A stretch of 64,000 nucleotides of DNA. Source: Lama guanicoe. Its lineage: Eukaryota. The DNA lies in assembly GCA_013239625.1 (NCBI GenBank), contig MU054645.1, forward strand, positions 192,403-256,402, given 5' to 3'. The notes under the pieces are model-generated. The model was not told the origin of the DNA. It saw nothing but the letters and a program-made list of their open reading frames with translations, and did not search any database. This document shows, piece by piece, positions 46,701 to 60,600 of this stretch; positions within the stretch are counted from its first letter, which is position 1, and each line of letters begins with the position of its first letter. A program made the translations under genes and the position numbers.

Positions 46701-49700
46701 GCCTGGAAGGGAACAACATAGCCAACAGTTGTCCAAGAGAATACTGCCAAGTCCACAGAGTAATTGTAGAGCACGTGTGGCTTTGCGTGTGGCTGTGTGA
46801 CTGGGCAATCACCCTTTGATGTCAGCCAGCATCAGTGCCCTGCTGGCCTGGGCCTGCCAAGCTGACGTAGTGGCACAGGACAGGATGGGTCTCAGAGCAC
46901 CCAGCAGGAGGTGGGCAGAACCCACTGCAGAGGTCTCCAGTGAGCCAGTCGCCCCAGGATCTGAGACTCAGAGCTGGAAATGGTCAGGGCTGGGAGCTTT
47001 GTGCAGTGGGGTACGGTGGCCAACCTGAGTGCATTTTCTCACAGACCCTTTAGGGGAGTGTCCTCCCCATTAGCCCGATCACCCAGCACCATCACCACCC
47101 TCTCCCTCCCCACCCACCTCGGCTTGCCGCTCCTGTTCCTTCTCTCCCTGTGGCCGGGTGTTCGGGAGGACCAGGATGAGGGGCTCAGGGACCAGCCACG
47201 GCTGCTTCACCCACCCTGTTCTCTAGCCCGAGGAGCTCACCAACGCCCTGGAAATCAGCAACATCGTCTTCACCAGCCTCTTTGCCCTGGAGATGCTGCT
47301 GAAGCTGCTTGTGTACGGTCCCTTTGGCTACATCAAGAACCCCTACAACATCTTTGATGGTGTCATTGTTGTCATCAGGTATGACTGGAGCGCCCTCGTG
47401 GTAGCTTGGGGCGGGGAGCCACACAGCCTGTTCCTCTGAGGTGAAGGGATCTGGAGTCAGGCCTCACTGACCAACAGGCCCCCAGCTCCCCCAGCTGGGG
47501 ATTCTCCGTGACCCCCATGCTCTGCTCCACCCTCTCCCTAGGCCCTACGTTGCTCACTCGGAACATGGCTTCATGTCTCCTTTGTCTGGGCCCCTCTGAA
47601 GTCTCCTCTCGCAGTTGCATTTCCACGCCTTGTCCTCAGCCCCATGCAGGCCTGGGGTGGGCAAGGACCAGGGAGTTGGCTTTGGAGAGGGGTTGGAGGA
47701 GGTGTAAGGCCCAGCCAGCTGTCCCTGCTTGCAAAGTGCTCGGAGACCGACCGCAGACGCCAGCAAGTTACTTTAGGGTTTCCAAGACCTTGGGAAAGTG
47801 CTCCACCCCTCCCCCGCCCCCCAGGCCCCAGGCCAGGAGAACTGCTTTATTGCTTTTTGGAATTGGCTTTAGATTTCATTAGAAGAGAACAAAGCAAACA
47901 TTCCATAACTGTTGCATTGGCCGATGGAGGGAGAGGTCCTGCCTGGAGGGGAGGGGAGGGGAGGGGAAGGGAGGGGTGGGAGGGCTAGAGCTGGCACCCA
48001 GACCTTTGCCTCTTGAATCTCCTGCCTGGAGACCCGAGGGCCTGTTAATGTGCCTCTTTCTCAGGCCGTGCTGGCCAGTCCAGGTCCTCAGGTGCTGCAG
48101 GGCCCCCCAAAGGGTGGGCGGGAGGAGGTGAGCATGCAGCAGGCTCNNNNNNNNNNNNNNNNNNNNNNNNNNNNNNNNNNNNNNNNNNNNNNNNNNNNNN
48201 NNNNNNNNNNNNNNNNNNNNNNNNNNNNNNNNNNNNNNNNNNNNNNNNNNNNNNNNNNNNNNNNNNNNNNNNNNNNNNNNNNNNNNNNNNNNNNNNNNNN
48301 NNNNNNNNNNNNNNNNNNNNNNNNNNNNNNNNNNNNNNNNNNNNNNNNNNNNNNNNNNNNNNNNNNNNNTCCGTGCCAGCGGGACGAGGGCCTGAGGGGC
48401 GGGGGTTGCTGGGGCCCTGATCCCCACCTTGTGGTTCCTGTGTCTTCAGCATCCTGGGTATGCATCTCTTTGGCTGCAAATTTGCATCTGAACGTGATGG
48501 AGACACGCTGCCAGACCGGAAGAATTTTGACTCCCTGCTATGGGCCATCGTCACTGTCTTTCAGGTACCAGGACAACAGGGCAGAGTGGGCGGGGAGGTG
48601 GGGTGCCTCAGTGAAGGCCCTGACTCCCGTCATCTGCTTGCAGATCCTGACCCAGGAGGACTGGAACAAGGTGCTCTACAATGGAATGGCCTCCACGTCG
48701 TCCTGGGCTGCTCTTTACTTCATCGCCCTCATGACCTTTGGCAACTACGTGCTCTTCAACCTGCTTGTCGCCATTCTGGTGGAGGGCTTCCAGGCAGAGG
48801 TAACCCCCTGCCCACAACAGTCCACTTCCAGAAGGAACTGGCTGCCTGGCTAGGGCTGTGGTGGCCTGGGGAGGTCTTGCAGGAAGCTCCCTTCAGACAA
48901 CGCTGGGGAACCAGAGGTGGGAGGTTGCAGGTTTCAGGCAGCTCCTCAAGACAAGGTGGTTATGGGAGGTCCCTGGATCCAAGGTTAGCTGCCGAGTAGA
49001 CTTCTCACTCAGAGTCGGCTAGGCTCTCCCCCAGAGAGCTGGACAAGATAAGTGTTGGCATGCGGCTCAGCTGGGTCCTCGAGCACAGGTGCTCTTGGGG
49101 ACATCTGGAGGAAACCCATCTGAACCTTGGGGTTGGGGAAGCTTGCATGCATGTCATCTGAGCTTCAGCTGAGCTGGTGAAGATGCCACCAGTGCCCCAG
49201 CAGGGCTAAGCTGCCCAGGGTGAGAAATGAGCCCAATTAGCTGCGGGCATAGCAGAGATGAGCGTCCTATTTCCAGCCCAGGCTCCATCACCTTCGTCAC
49301 AGGCAGCATCATCAATTAATATTGATTTACATCGATCCCGCCCTTGTCCTGCCAGCACGCAGCCACTGCCTGAAGGGCCGCACCCCACTCGGCTCCCTCC
49401 GCTCTGCCCCTCTTCCTACCCGAGTCCCAGTGTCACAGGGCAGGGCGACTCAACCTAGAAATGCTCCAGGTTGGGCATGGAGAAGCTCTCGGTCCAGTTC
49501 TCTCTGGGTGACCCGGATGGAAACTCCCGCTGCGGCCTGGTCTATAAATACCCAGCACACGGTGGAAAAACAAAAATCTATTTTCCGACTCTTTCCCGGC
49601 CTTGCGAGGGAGGGCTGTTCCCCGTGGGCCCGGCTGGGCTGGTGGGTGCGGGTGTGTCTACCCCACACCGGCCTCCTCTCGCTGTAATTCTGTAGTTTCC

Positions 49701-52700
49701 CTTTATCACATTTTTCTCCGCCACTGGGAGGCAGTGAGGGCAGCTGGTGCGGGCAGTGGGCCCTGCCTCTGGTGATCGCTGGGCCTCTGGATAGGATGGG
49801 CGGACACTGGTACTCTCCTGGGGTAGGACATTTAGTTACAGTTTCCCTGGGGCCTGAAGGGTTAAGGGGTACCACTGTGCTCCTGCAAGCAAGCTCTCTG
49901 TGGAGACCCACCACTTGGCCGTGGCTCTTGGGCTGTGGGGAAGAGGAGTGAGTGGGGATGGGGGTCCTTCAGCCCCTTCCAAACCACAGCTCCTGACAGC
50001 TGAGTTTCCCTCAGAAAAATTCCCGTGGAACTCTGTGGAAGTGGAAAGCATCCTGAGCGTATTCCCTTCCCTCACGCGGATGTTCAGCCAGCTGGGTAGT
50101 CTTGGAGGTGCCCGGCGCAAGCAGCCCCCTCCCCATCACTGGTCTTTCCAGCAGACACCTTGTTAAACTGAGAGCTGCCAGACGGTCTGGTTGCTAGGCA
50201 GCGGCAACGTCTGCTTGTAGGAATGGAGAGCAGCCTCGTCCTCGGGACTGACCTGGTCACTCTGGCCCTACTGGGGGCTTATGGCTGCCCCGGCATGAGG
50301 GCTCGGCCGTGTCCTGTCCAACCTCCGGTTACGAGTGCCTGTACCCAGGGTGGAATGCTCTGGGTCTGGGGTGGGATGGAAAAAGGATTGCAGGCTCAGT
50401 CTCTCTCCATGGAGGTGGGCAGTGGCATGGCCCTGAAGTGCCCGTGTGAGGAGCTGGCCCAGCTGCTCACTGACCTGCATGTGGTTGACCAACACCTGGG
50501 CTGAGCAGAGGTTGGTCACTCAATGCCAGTGGCCTGGGCACCTCCAGCGGCATTGCCTCAACTCTGTGGAGTTTCAGGGGGCACGCATGTGGCTCTGAAG
50601 GAGCCCTGCCGTCTGGCAGAAGAAGCCGGCTTTTGCTGCTGCGATGACCTGCTTTTTGACAAATGAGGCAACCGACCTCAGTGAAATCAGTGGCTGCCCC
50701 CGTTTTGTCAGTCTCAAGGGTGGCCCCCTGTTGGCCTTGCCACCCTGCCAAGAAGTAGGAGGGGGCTTCCTTGGGGGACTTGGCTGTTGATCTCCTGACT
50801 TGCAGGGGGCAGTGCCCTGAATCCTTGTGTATTTATCATCCTCACACTTAATTAAATGAACAGGCAGCAGGCCCTGTGTGAGGCCATTAATTGATACCAA
50901 ACAACATTGTAGCCATCATCCCAGTGTTGCTTGTCACATCGCATCCCAGTAGGAGCAGCTGGACCCATTCTGATATGGGGGGGTGCAGTTAGGAATTAGG
51001 AAGCCTGTCCCTGCTCCCGGCCTTTTGTCTCCTGCCCACCGCCTCTGACTTCCATTCACCTCTCTTTCCCATCCTCCCTGCCCGGTCCCCAAGCCAGTGA
51101 GAGGCCAGCTGGAGACTCACGTTTAAGGCCCAGATACACCTCTTATTCGCTGTATAACTTGGGGCAGCTTTCCTAACTTCACCCAGCCTCAGGTGCTTCC
51201 TCTCAGATGCTGCTAGCTGTCCCTCCTTCCCAGCTTGAGAGGAGGTGAGCTAATGTTAACGAAGCAGTTTTGTGATGCCTGGGACACCCCGAGTGAATAG
51301 TAGCTGTTACTATTAGGATTACTGGGGGGCTCTCTCTCCTTCCCTGCCCTTGCCCCCATTTTTGTGGCCTCTGGCCTCACCCTTCAGATTCATTCTGGCT
51401 CCAGGGCTTGTGGTTGAATTCTGGAAGGCCATTCTGTTCCCTTTCTTCACCTCCCCTGCCCCGTGTCTCCTTTCCCCCACTGTCGGGTTTGCACCCCTCC
51501 TTTTCTTCATTCTCTTTCGACATTGCTGATGTTTGAAAGCCCGGCGCCTGTGACCAGCGCCCGTCCCCTGCCTCCCCCTCTCCCTGTAGGAAATCAGCAA
51601 ACGGGAAGATGCGAGTGGACAGTTAAGCTGTATTCAGCTGCCTGTCGACTCCCAGGGGGTAGGTATGCGATCCTGAGTTGGCATGCCCCCTGTGCCCCGT
51701 GCCCCTCTCCGCCTCCGTGTCTGTGCTCGTGTTCACGCTCAGCTACTGTGCAGCCTGTGGTAGCCATGGTGGTCGTTGGTGTCATGAGGTTTGCTTTGAT
51801 TTTAAGTCCCTTCCCCCTTGAGGATATTGAGGGGCGGGGCGTCCTCGTCTGTGCCGTGTTCACCCGCAAAGGGCACCGATCCGTCCCGCCAGACTGGTGG
51901 TTGGGCTGAAGAAGGAAGGGACTTAGAATCCTCTGTGTGCACGTGTGTGGTACACCGCGTGTGCGTGTGTATGCTGTGGTCCCCGAGGAGTCCAAGTCAT
52001 CCGGCCTCAGTGAAGTTGGGATCTGTGGCCGCCGACTGTGCTCCCCCATCTCTCTCCCCTCCTCCTTGCCTTGAGCCCCGGTTGGAGACCCCACAAGCTG
52101 CCTCAGCTCAGAACTAGTCTTTGGAGGATTGAGGGGGCAGGGGTGCCTCTTGCCAGAACGTACCAGAATTTTAAATCCACTTCCGAGTCTCTGGCCCCTT
52201 GACCACCCAGGAGGTCTAGCAGGTATTGAGAGGCACGCTCTTCCTCTGGCCCTTATACAGAGCCTGTGCCCTCCTGCTTCCTGCACTGGCACCAGAATTC
52301 GGGGCAAAGCCAGGATTCCCATGGGACCCCACNNNNNNNNNNNNNNNNNNNNNNNNNNNNNNNNNNNNNNNNNNNNNNNNNNNNNNNNNNNNNNNNNNNN
52401 NNNNNNNNNNNNNNNNNNNNNNNNNNNNNNNNNNNNNNNNNNNNNNNNNNNNNNNNNNNNNNNNNNNNNNNNNNNNNNNNNNNNNNNNNNNNNNNNNNNN
52501 NNNNNNNNNNNNNNNNNNNNNNNNNNNNNNNNNNNNNNNNNNNNNNNNNNNNCTGTTCCAGAGTCAGGGAGAGAGGCAAAAATGGGACTGGGGAGAGGCT
52601 AGGGGCTTGGGGAAGATGGAGGGAAGAAACAGAGGTACTGAAGTGTCATCCTTGGGCTGAGGTGCTCTGTCTGGGGTCCTTCAATTTCTTTCTGGGGTCA

Positions 52701-55700
52701 TCAGGTCTGAGGCTCAGGGGAGGGCAGCCATGGAGGGAAAGCAGAGGGCACAGGTGGCCTTTGGAATTGAGGCTCTAGTGACCGTTTCACTCAGGTCCCC
52801 AGCTCCTTCCAGCCTATGCCACCTGCCCGCCTGGCTGTCCCCTCTCCCCTCAACCATTCCTGGAGCCAGTCCCAGTCAGGCTGGTCATGCTGTGGCCTTC
52901 ACTGAGGTGTCAGAGGCCCTGGGGCACCCTGGGCCCCAGGCCTGGGTAATCTGGTCTGAGCTAGTGCATGCCTCGTGCCGTGGTTGCTGGTTCCTGTGGC
53001 CTGTCTGTGGTGTGTGTGTGTGAAGACAGGGAGACCTCGGTCCATCCCGCCACCCCCTGCCCAGCCAGGTTCCTAAACGGCCCGCTGCTCTCCCACCCTA
53101 GGGAGATGCCACCAAGTCCGAGTCAGAGCCCGATTTCTTCTTGCCCAGCCTGGATGGCGACGGGGACAGGAAGAAGCGCTTGACCCGTAAGTATCTCTCC
53201 TGGGAGTATGGCCCTTGGCCCTTGGCCAGCCTCCAGTGGACTCAGGGTCTCTCCCTCTCTCCCCGCCAGTGGTGTCCCTGGGAGAGCACCCAGAGCTGCG
53301 GAGGAGCCTGTTGCCACCTCTCATCATCCACACGGCTGCCACGCCCATGTCGCTGCCCAAGAGCTCCAGCACCGGCCTGGCCGAGGTGCTGGGCCCCGCC
53401 TCCTGCCGCACCAGCAGCAGTGGGTCGGCGGAGCCAGGGGTGCCCCACGAGATGAAGTCACCGGTAGGGGGTGCATGTGGGTGCCCGACTGTACAGACGT
53501 CAGGAGGAAAAAGAGGTGGAATGGGCAGGCCCAGGGGAGCAGCCCCTGCGCCACGGGCTGGACAAGGCCCAGGACGGGTCAGTGGGGCTGGTAATGCGGC
53601 AGCTGCAGTAGCCACTGCCTTGTGGGCCAAAGAGCAGGATTCTAATCTTGCTTCTTCTGTAACCTTGGGCAAGAATCCCTGAGCTTCCTCTGTAAATGGG
53701 AGGCCCCTACCTCCTTAATACCTTGTCATAATAATAGCAAACCCCATCCAGTTACTAATTCTGTGCCAAACACTGTTCTAGACATGGCTTATAAGTATTC
53801 TAACTGCATGTAATCCTCACAACAGCTCTCTGGTAGGTACCAGTATTATCCTCATTTTACCGATGGGGACCTGAGTCTCAGATTGCCAAAATGATCTGTG
53901 GGAAGATCCACAGAGTACAGGTGACAGAACCAGGATTTTAATCTAGGAGGTTGGTGTCAGGGCCCATGCTCTCACCGTTGTTTCCTGCTACCACTCAGCT
54001 AAACAAGGAATAGATACTAGCATCATATCTCTTTTACAGATGAGGAACTGAGGCACAGAGAGGTTTAGTAATTTGCCTAAGGTCACACAGCTGGTTGGAG
54101 TGAGCCATGATCTGAATCCAGGCATCCAGGTCCAGGGCTCCTGCCCATACCTGATGTGATGCCAGAGAGGCTCAAAGGAGATGGGATGCATGTGAGGGCG
54201 TGCAGGGCCAGGAGGTCCTGGCTGAGACCACTCCTCCCTTGGTTCACCCCCTAGCCGAGCGCCCGCAGCTCCCCACACAGTCCCTGGAGTGCAGCGAGCA
54301 GCTGGACCAGCAGACGCTCCAGCCGGAACAGCCTGGGCCGTGCCCCTAGCCTGAAGCGGAGGAGCCCTAGTGGGGAGCGGAGGTCCCTGTTGTCGGGTGA
54401 GGGCCGGGAGAGCCAGGATGAGGAGAGCTCAGAAGAGGAGCGTGCCAGCCCAGCAGGCAGTGACCGTCGCCATGGGGGCTCCCTGGAGCGGGAAGCTAAG
54501 AGCTCCTTTGACCTGCCGGACACACTGCAGGTGCCCGGGCTGCACCGCACAGCCAGTGGCCGCAGCTCAGCCTCTGAGCACCAGGACTGCAATGGCAAGT
54601 CGGCCGCGGGACGCCTGGTCCGGGCCCTACGGACTGATGACCCCCCGCTGGATGGGGACGATGGTGATGACGAGGGCAACTTGGTGAGACCCCTGTGGGC
54701 ACAGTGACCTCTCACCCCTGACCTTGAATGAGGGGAGCTGTGCCTGATCTCGTGCAGGGCTGGCCAATCCCCTCCCTGGTATGGCCTTCAGAGAGTTACC
54801 ATCATCCCCAAGGGATCTCAAGGGGTTTCATCCCTGAAGCCAAGGTCCAAACAGCCCCTTTCTCCCTCAGCCCACCCTGCCAAGCCCCAGAGCCTCGTCA
54901 TGTCTGGGGCGTGGCTCTGCGTCCTTGGTGGATAAGAATGGCTTCGGGCAGATGTGTATGAATCTTTCATGGCCCTCCCCCTGTGACTCAGAAAGACCCA
55001 TCACTCATCTCTCCAAACCGATGCCCTCCCCGGTCCCCCCTCTCATCTCAACCTCATCAAAAGCCTTGACTTCACACTGGTTTTTACCCATTCACCCCTT
55101 CCGCAGCCCCCTCACCACCACCTTTAACCCTGGGGATGGGGCGCAGGGACCCAGGACCTCAGGGTTAGCAGGTGAGGAGGGGCCAGTGTCTCCTCATCCC
55201 AGGTGTGTCTTTGAACAGGCAGCCGTGATGGGGACAATGTTTGATAATTGATGTGGCTTCCAAGCCCAGCGGGGAGGGAAGGAGGAAGGGCAGCCAAGGG
55301 GCTGGGCTGGAGGCAGAGATAGGAAAAGAGGAGAGGCTGGGGGAGGGGTGGAGAGGGGGAGATGGAGGAAGTGAGGCGAGCTCAGGGGGTGAGAGGGGGC
55401 TTGAGGGAGGTGGGGAGGTGGTTTTAGGAATCCAGGAAGAGAAGCTGGGCAGAGGGTCGGGCCAGAGTGGAGAGGGCAGATAAGGAGTGAGGGCCACTGA
55501 AGGCCTGGCCCTGCTCACACCGCTGGCCGTCCTTCTACAGAGCAAAGGGGAGCGAATGAGAGCCTGGGTCCGAGCCCGGCTCCCTGCCTGCTGCCAAGAG
55601 CGAGACTCCTGGTCTGCCTACATCTTTCCTCCTCAGTCAAGGTCAGCAAGGGGTCCCTGACCTGCCCCCTAACTTCTTCTTACAGGGAATTCTCCTGTGA

Positions 55701-57589
55701 CTCCATCCCCGGGATGCTAGAAGTGTCCCCTGACGTGGGGGCTTGTGAGAGCAGGGCCTCAGACGGGAAGGGCCCAAGAGGGGTAGGGGCCCTGGGGCAA
55801 TGCCGCCCCTCGCCGGCTGCGCCTTGCCTCCCTCTCAGCCTTTGCCTCTGTCCTGGGGCAGGTTCCGCCTCCTGTGTCACAGAATCATCACCCACAAGAT
55901 GTTCGACCACGTGGTCCTCGTCATCATCTTCCTCAACTGCATCACCATCGCCATGGAGCGCCCCAAGATCGACCCGCACAGCGCTGTGAGTCATCGGTGC
56001 CCAGCCCCTCCTGGGTTAGCGAGTTTAGCACCCATGGAGCAAGCCAGGTGGGCAAGGAGGCGCAGGGAGACACAGTCAGGGAGCCAGGAATCTCCCTTAG
56101 GTCTCCCTGACTCTGACCCTGGCAACTGGCTCCGGCAACTGGCCCCCTAGGATGCCTCCTGTGTCCCTCCCCTGCCTCTGTTTCCCTTCTGTGACACAGC
56201 AGTCCAGCTGGGGGGATGGAGCTTGCTCCTTGTCTGGGGAAAGTGGGCTCTGTCACACCTGGCTGGTTGCAGGTGGCCTGTTCTTGTGTGCCAGGGGCTT
56301 GTGAGGCCTGCGTGTGAGTCAGTGAGTGTCTCAGTGAACGGTGAGGCTGGCCCTGGCTGGGCTGCGTGGCAAAGGGTCTTGGTCTCACCAGGACCTGCGC
56401 ACTGGCTGGGAGGCATCCTGCCCAGCCTGCCCGTGAGGGATGCCGAGTTGGGAAGGGAAGCTGCCCTTTGCTCCTCTTGGTCCTGCTAAGTCACAGACAA
56501 GTAGGTTTTCAGGGGCGTTCGGGGGAGCATGGTCACTGACCCTTGGCTGTGAACCTGTCAGTCTTCCTCAGAGGGAAAGGAGAGGCCACAAGCCTGAGTA
56601 TCTGGACACACTCCCACAGGCCTGACTTCTTCAGGACGGGCCCAGCTGGTCCTGGAGCCATCTCTCCGCAGCCTGGCATCGCAGCCCCTCATTCCCCACG
56701 TTAGGGCCCTAGAAGGCTGCTTCTGTTGCCCCTCATGGCATCTTGTATCACTTGTTTGAAGGGGCCCTCTCCCCTCCTCTCTGCCTCCCACACCACTGTT
56801 CAGATTTCAGCATTGCTGGGGCTTCTGTTTTCCATAAGGGTGGACTCCAGCCAGGCCGGTTGCAGGGGTGGGGTGGAGGTAGCCTGAGGAGCGGAGGGGC
56901 CAGCCTGGGAATAGGTGAGCGGACATAGCACCCGGGACCCCACCCCGGGGCCTGTGTGTGTGAAACAGGGTTGGCTGGTCACACTGGCCCCCTTGTCTGC
57001 CTCCTGCCCAAGGCCCTGCCCATAACTCAGTGTTGCCACGTCTCTCCCCATCTTCCCCTCAGCCCCTCCATCTCTAGCTCTGTCCAGTGCGTGCTTCTCC
57101 CCCTCCCCTTTCTCTGCCTCTTACTCCCTCTGACACTCACGCTTTGCCTGCTGCCTTTCCAGCTCACTACACCCCTTTCTTGGCCACCCAGCCATGGAAT
57201 CAGCCCAAGATATCAAGGGATCAGTCGCCTTCTTTCCTCCCTGTCTCACCCTATGCCTGGCTTAAATACGGTGCCTGAGGGTGCACAGCCTGCACTCAGG
57301 CCCCCAGCTTGCCCCGCGGCTCCATTTCTGGGGCACACAGCAGGAAAGCAAGTACGTGGAACAGAGAAGCGAGTAGGATGGGGGCATCAGAGATCAAGCT
57401 AAATCCTGCTCCAGTTTTAAGAAAGGAATCAGTGAATAGGGCCTGACTTATGGGGCTCAGATGACAGCACTGCAGTGGGGATCACTTTCCCCTCCAGGCC
57501 TCTCTGGGAGGTGGAGGGGCAGTTCTGTTCAGAGGCAGGAGTGAGACTGTCCGCAGAGCTGCAGGTCAGTGAGGGGGCCTCACACTGGC

Positions 57590-57627
<38 letters not shown>

Positions 57628-60600
57628 TGTGCGCGCGCGCGCGCTCGAGGGTGTGGGGAGTGGGGAGCCTGCCTACATTGTGGGGAGAGTAGGGACTGCA
57701 TTTCTGAGTTAGATGTTGGAGGCAGTTCCTGGCTTCTGTGTGCAGAGCAGACCTGGCCCAAGGAAGGGGTCCGGGTGGGCAACAGCTGTCTACTCTCTCT
57801 TACAGGAACGCATCTTCCTGACCCTCTCCAATTACATCTTCACCGCAGTCTTCCTGGCTGAGATGACAGTGAAGGTGACGGGGTCGGCGTTGGGTTGGAG
57901 CCATCTGGCTCCTGGCGGGGTTGGAGAGGATCGGCGACAAACGGAGGGCAGGGCTGGGGACTGCAGGGAGGTGGCAGAGATGATGACGCAGTGGGCATCC
58001 TCAGGTGGTGGCACTGGGCTGGTGCTTCGGGGAGCAGGCCTACCTGCGCAGCAGCTGGAACGTGCTGGACGGGCTGCTGGTGCTCATCTCCGTCATCGAC
58101 ATCCTGGTGTCCATGGTCTCCGACAGCGGCACCAAGATCCTGGGCATGCTGAGGGTGCTGCGACTGCTGCGGACCCTGCGCCCGCTCAGGTGCCCTAGCC
58201 AGGCACCCCCCACAGCCAGCACCCTACCTGCCCCTGCTTCCTGCCTGTCCCCCACTCTGGACATCACTTGTCACTTGGTTTAACTACGGCCCCAGTAGGC
58301 ACCCTCCATGGGCACCCCCCCCCCGTGTCCCCTCCCCTCGACGTGACATACTCCTGCAGGCACAATACAAGGGGCCATAGCGGGGAGGGCCCACATATCC
58401 TTCAGCTGCAGCTCTCCCTTGGGTGGCACCCTCAGGGGTGACCCCCTGTGCTCTCTGTGAAGTGGCAAACTGTTTCCAGCTTTCTCCCTCATCCTCGCCC
58501 CGCCCCCACCAGGGACCACCCACCAGGTAACACTTCTAGCGAGAGATCTGCCCTCTCAAGAAAGTCTCCCCAATAAGGCAGAGATTATAAGCCACCCCAG
58601 AGTCAACTTTCCATGGATGGCGACCTGAAAGGGGCTGATACTGACTGACTGGTGGGGTTTCCCTGCCTGTGATAATCCACCTCCTCACACCTTCTCTCCT
58701 TGCCGGCCCCCAACATGCTCCGCACAAGTTTATCTCCCCATCCCCACAACACTGCATCCCTGGGTTGAGTCACCACCCCAACCGCATTAGTAATACCTTG
58801 ACATCCTGGAAGTGGAGGTGGAGGTGCGGGGGTTGGTGGGGATGTCTGCCCAGTGCGCCCAGAAAGCCAACCTCTTCCCTCTACTAGAGCCCAAGATGGG
58901 GACCAGTGAGCCAAGATGGGAGGGGGTGGCCAGCAGGGCCAGGGGCAAGGGAGTGTCCACGCTGGGGAACCCCTCTTACCCACCGTCACTCCCTCCCCAG
59001 GGTAATCAGCCGGGCACAGGGGCTGAAGCTGGTGGTGGAAACGCTGATGTCCTCGCTGAAGCCCATTGGCAACATCGTGGTCATCTGTTGTGCCTTCTTC
59101 ATCATTTTTGGCATCCTGGGGGTGCAGGTTTGTGGGGGTCTGGGGCCAGCTGTCAGTATAAGCCTGGGAGTGGCATTCCTCTTGGCTCTTGGATGCTGTG
59201 GCTCGAACTGCTGCTGCCACCTTTACCCCAGAAAGGAATAAATAGGGACACTTCCCTCAAAGCATGAGCTCTTTTGCCTCCTGGGCATTTTGCAGAAAAC
59301 TGGGAGCTTGGAAGAGGCCCCAAAGGGGAAAGAGCTGGAGGGGCTTCTGGCCGGTGCCCTTGCAGGCAGCTGCTCTGCCTCCTCACTCGCTGTGCTTTGA
59401 GTGCAGACGCTGGCCCTGGCCCGCAGTCTGCTCAGGGATCCCCTCCCTTCCTTCCCTGCTGGAGCTGGGTGGGCTGACGGCCAGGCCTGGGGATCCAGGG
59501 CCAGACAGCTGGGCCAGGTTAGCAGCGAGCTGGCAGGCAGGCGGTGCAGACCCCAGACGAGGCAGGAAGTGGGGGCTGCTGGGGAAACTTGGCCTCTGGC
59601 TCAGGGAGGGAACTTGGCTTTGGAGGAAAAAGAGAGGGAGTTGCCTGCCAAGGATTCAGCAGGCGCCTCTGGGAGCCAGGGGAGCCCCTTCATCCTGGTC
59701 TTCCAGAGCATCACCCCCAGGCTCCAGATGTTTCTGCTGCAGCACGGAGGGCTGGCTGGTAGTCCAGCAGGGAGCTCCTGGATGGCTACCTGCATTCCTG
59801 CCCCTTCCTTTGGCTTCCTGGGGTGTCCGCTCAGCCCCGGAGAGGGGGCTGTTCTTGGGTTTCCTGGAATTCTCTAGCTCCAGAGACCAGGCTAGGGCAC
59901 ATTTGCCAAGGCTGTGTGGTGCTTCTCTGCAAACCCTGTGCCCCTTCCCCTACTTTCTGGCCTACTTAGGCCCCCTGGTCCTCTTGTCCCTCAAATCCCC
60001 CTCCCATAGTCATAGCCTGGTCTGTTCCAGAATAAGGGTGAGTTTTCCAGTCAGAAAGACCTGAGTTCAAGCCCCTTTTCTACCACCTACTGGTTATGCG
60101 ACCTTCATGGTGAATTTACCTCTTTGAGTCTCAGTTCTCCTCATCTGTTAAGTGGGGTCTGTAATACGTTACCCGTCCCCACCATTAAACTGGATCCCTT
60201 GGCCCCTCCCCGAAAGTGTCCGATCCAGTGGGTCAGGGGGCTCCCTGAGAATCTCTGTTTCCAGCTTGTTCCCAGGTGATGCTGGTGCTGCTGGCCCAGG
60301 GACCCCACTCGGAGAACCACGGGCCTCGCCCTTTGTAGAAGATGAACGAGTGTTCCCCCTCCTTCCACCCCTCCCCACATCCCTCCTCAGGGACCCTTCC
60401 TTCCTCTCTAGGGTGTCTGCTCCACGGAGCCCAGGGGAAGGGGTGCCCACAGGGGAGGTTCCTGTCAGTGTTTCTCTGACTTGGTGAATATCCTGCCCTT
60501 ATCCAGGGCCTGCCCGGAGCTCTTGGGCCCCAGGGCTGGTCTGGGCTTTCTGTGCCCACAGCTCATGTCTCTCTGTCTCCGGGTGTGTGTGTTCAGCTCT

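Noticed and set aside
58395-58403. ATATCCTTC U12-like donor in intron 21
   Set aside because: Flanking exons use normal GT-AG sites and I found no convincing downstream U12 branch with an AC acceptor.
59264-60064. 266-aa intronic + strand ORF
   Set aside because: Composition typical of random GC-rich intron; no homology recognised and no consistent splice sites.
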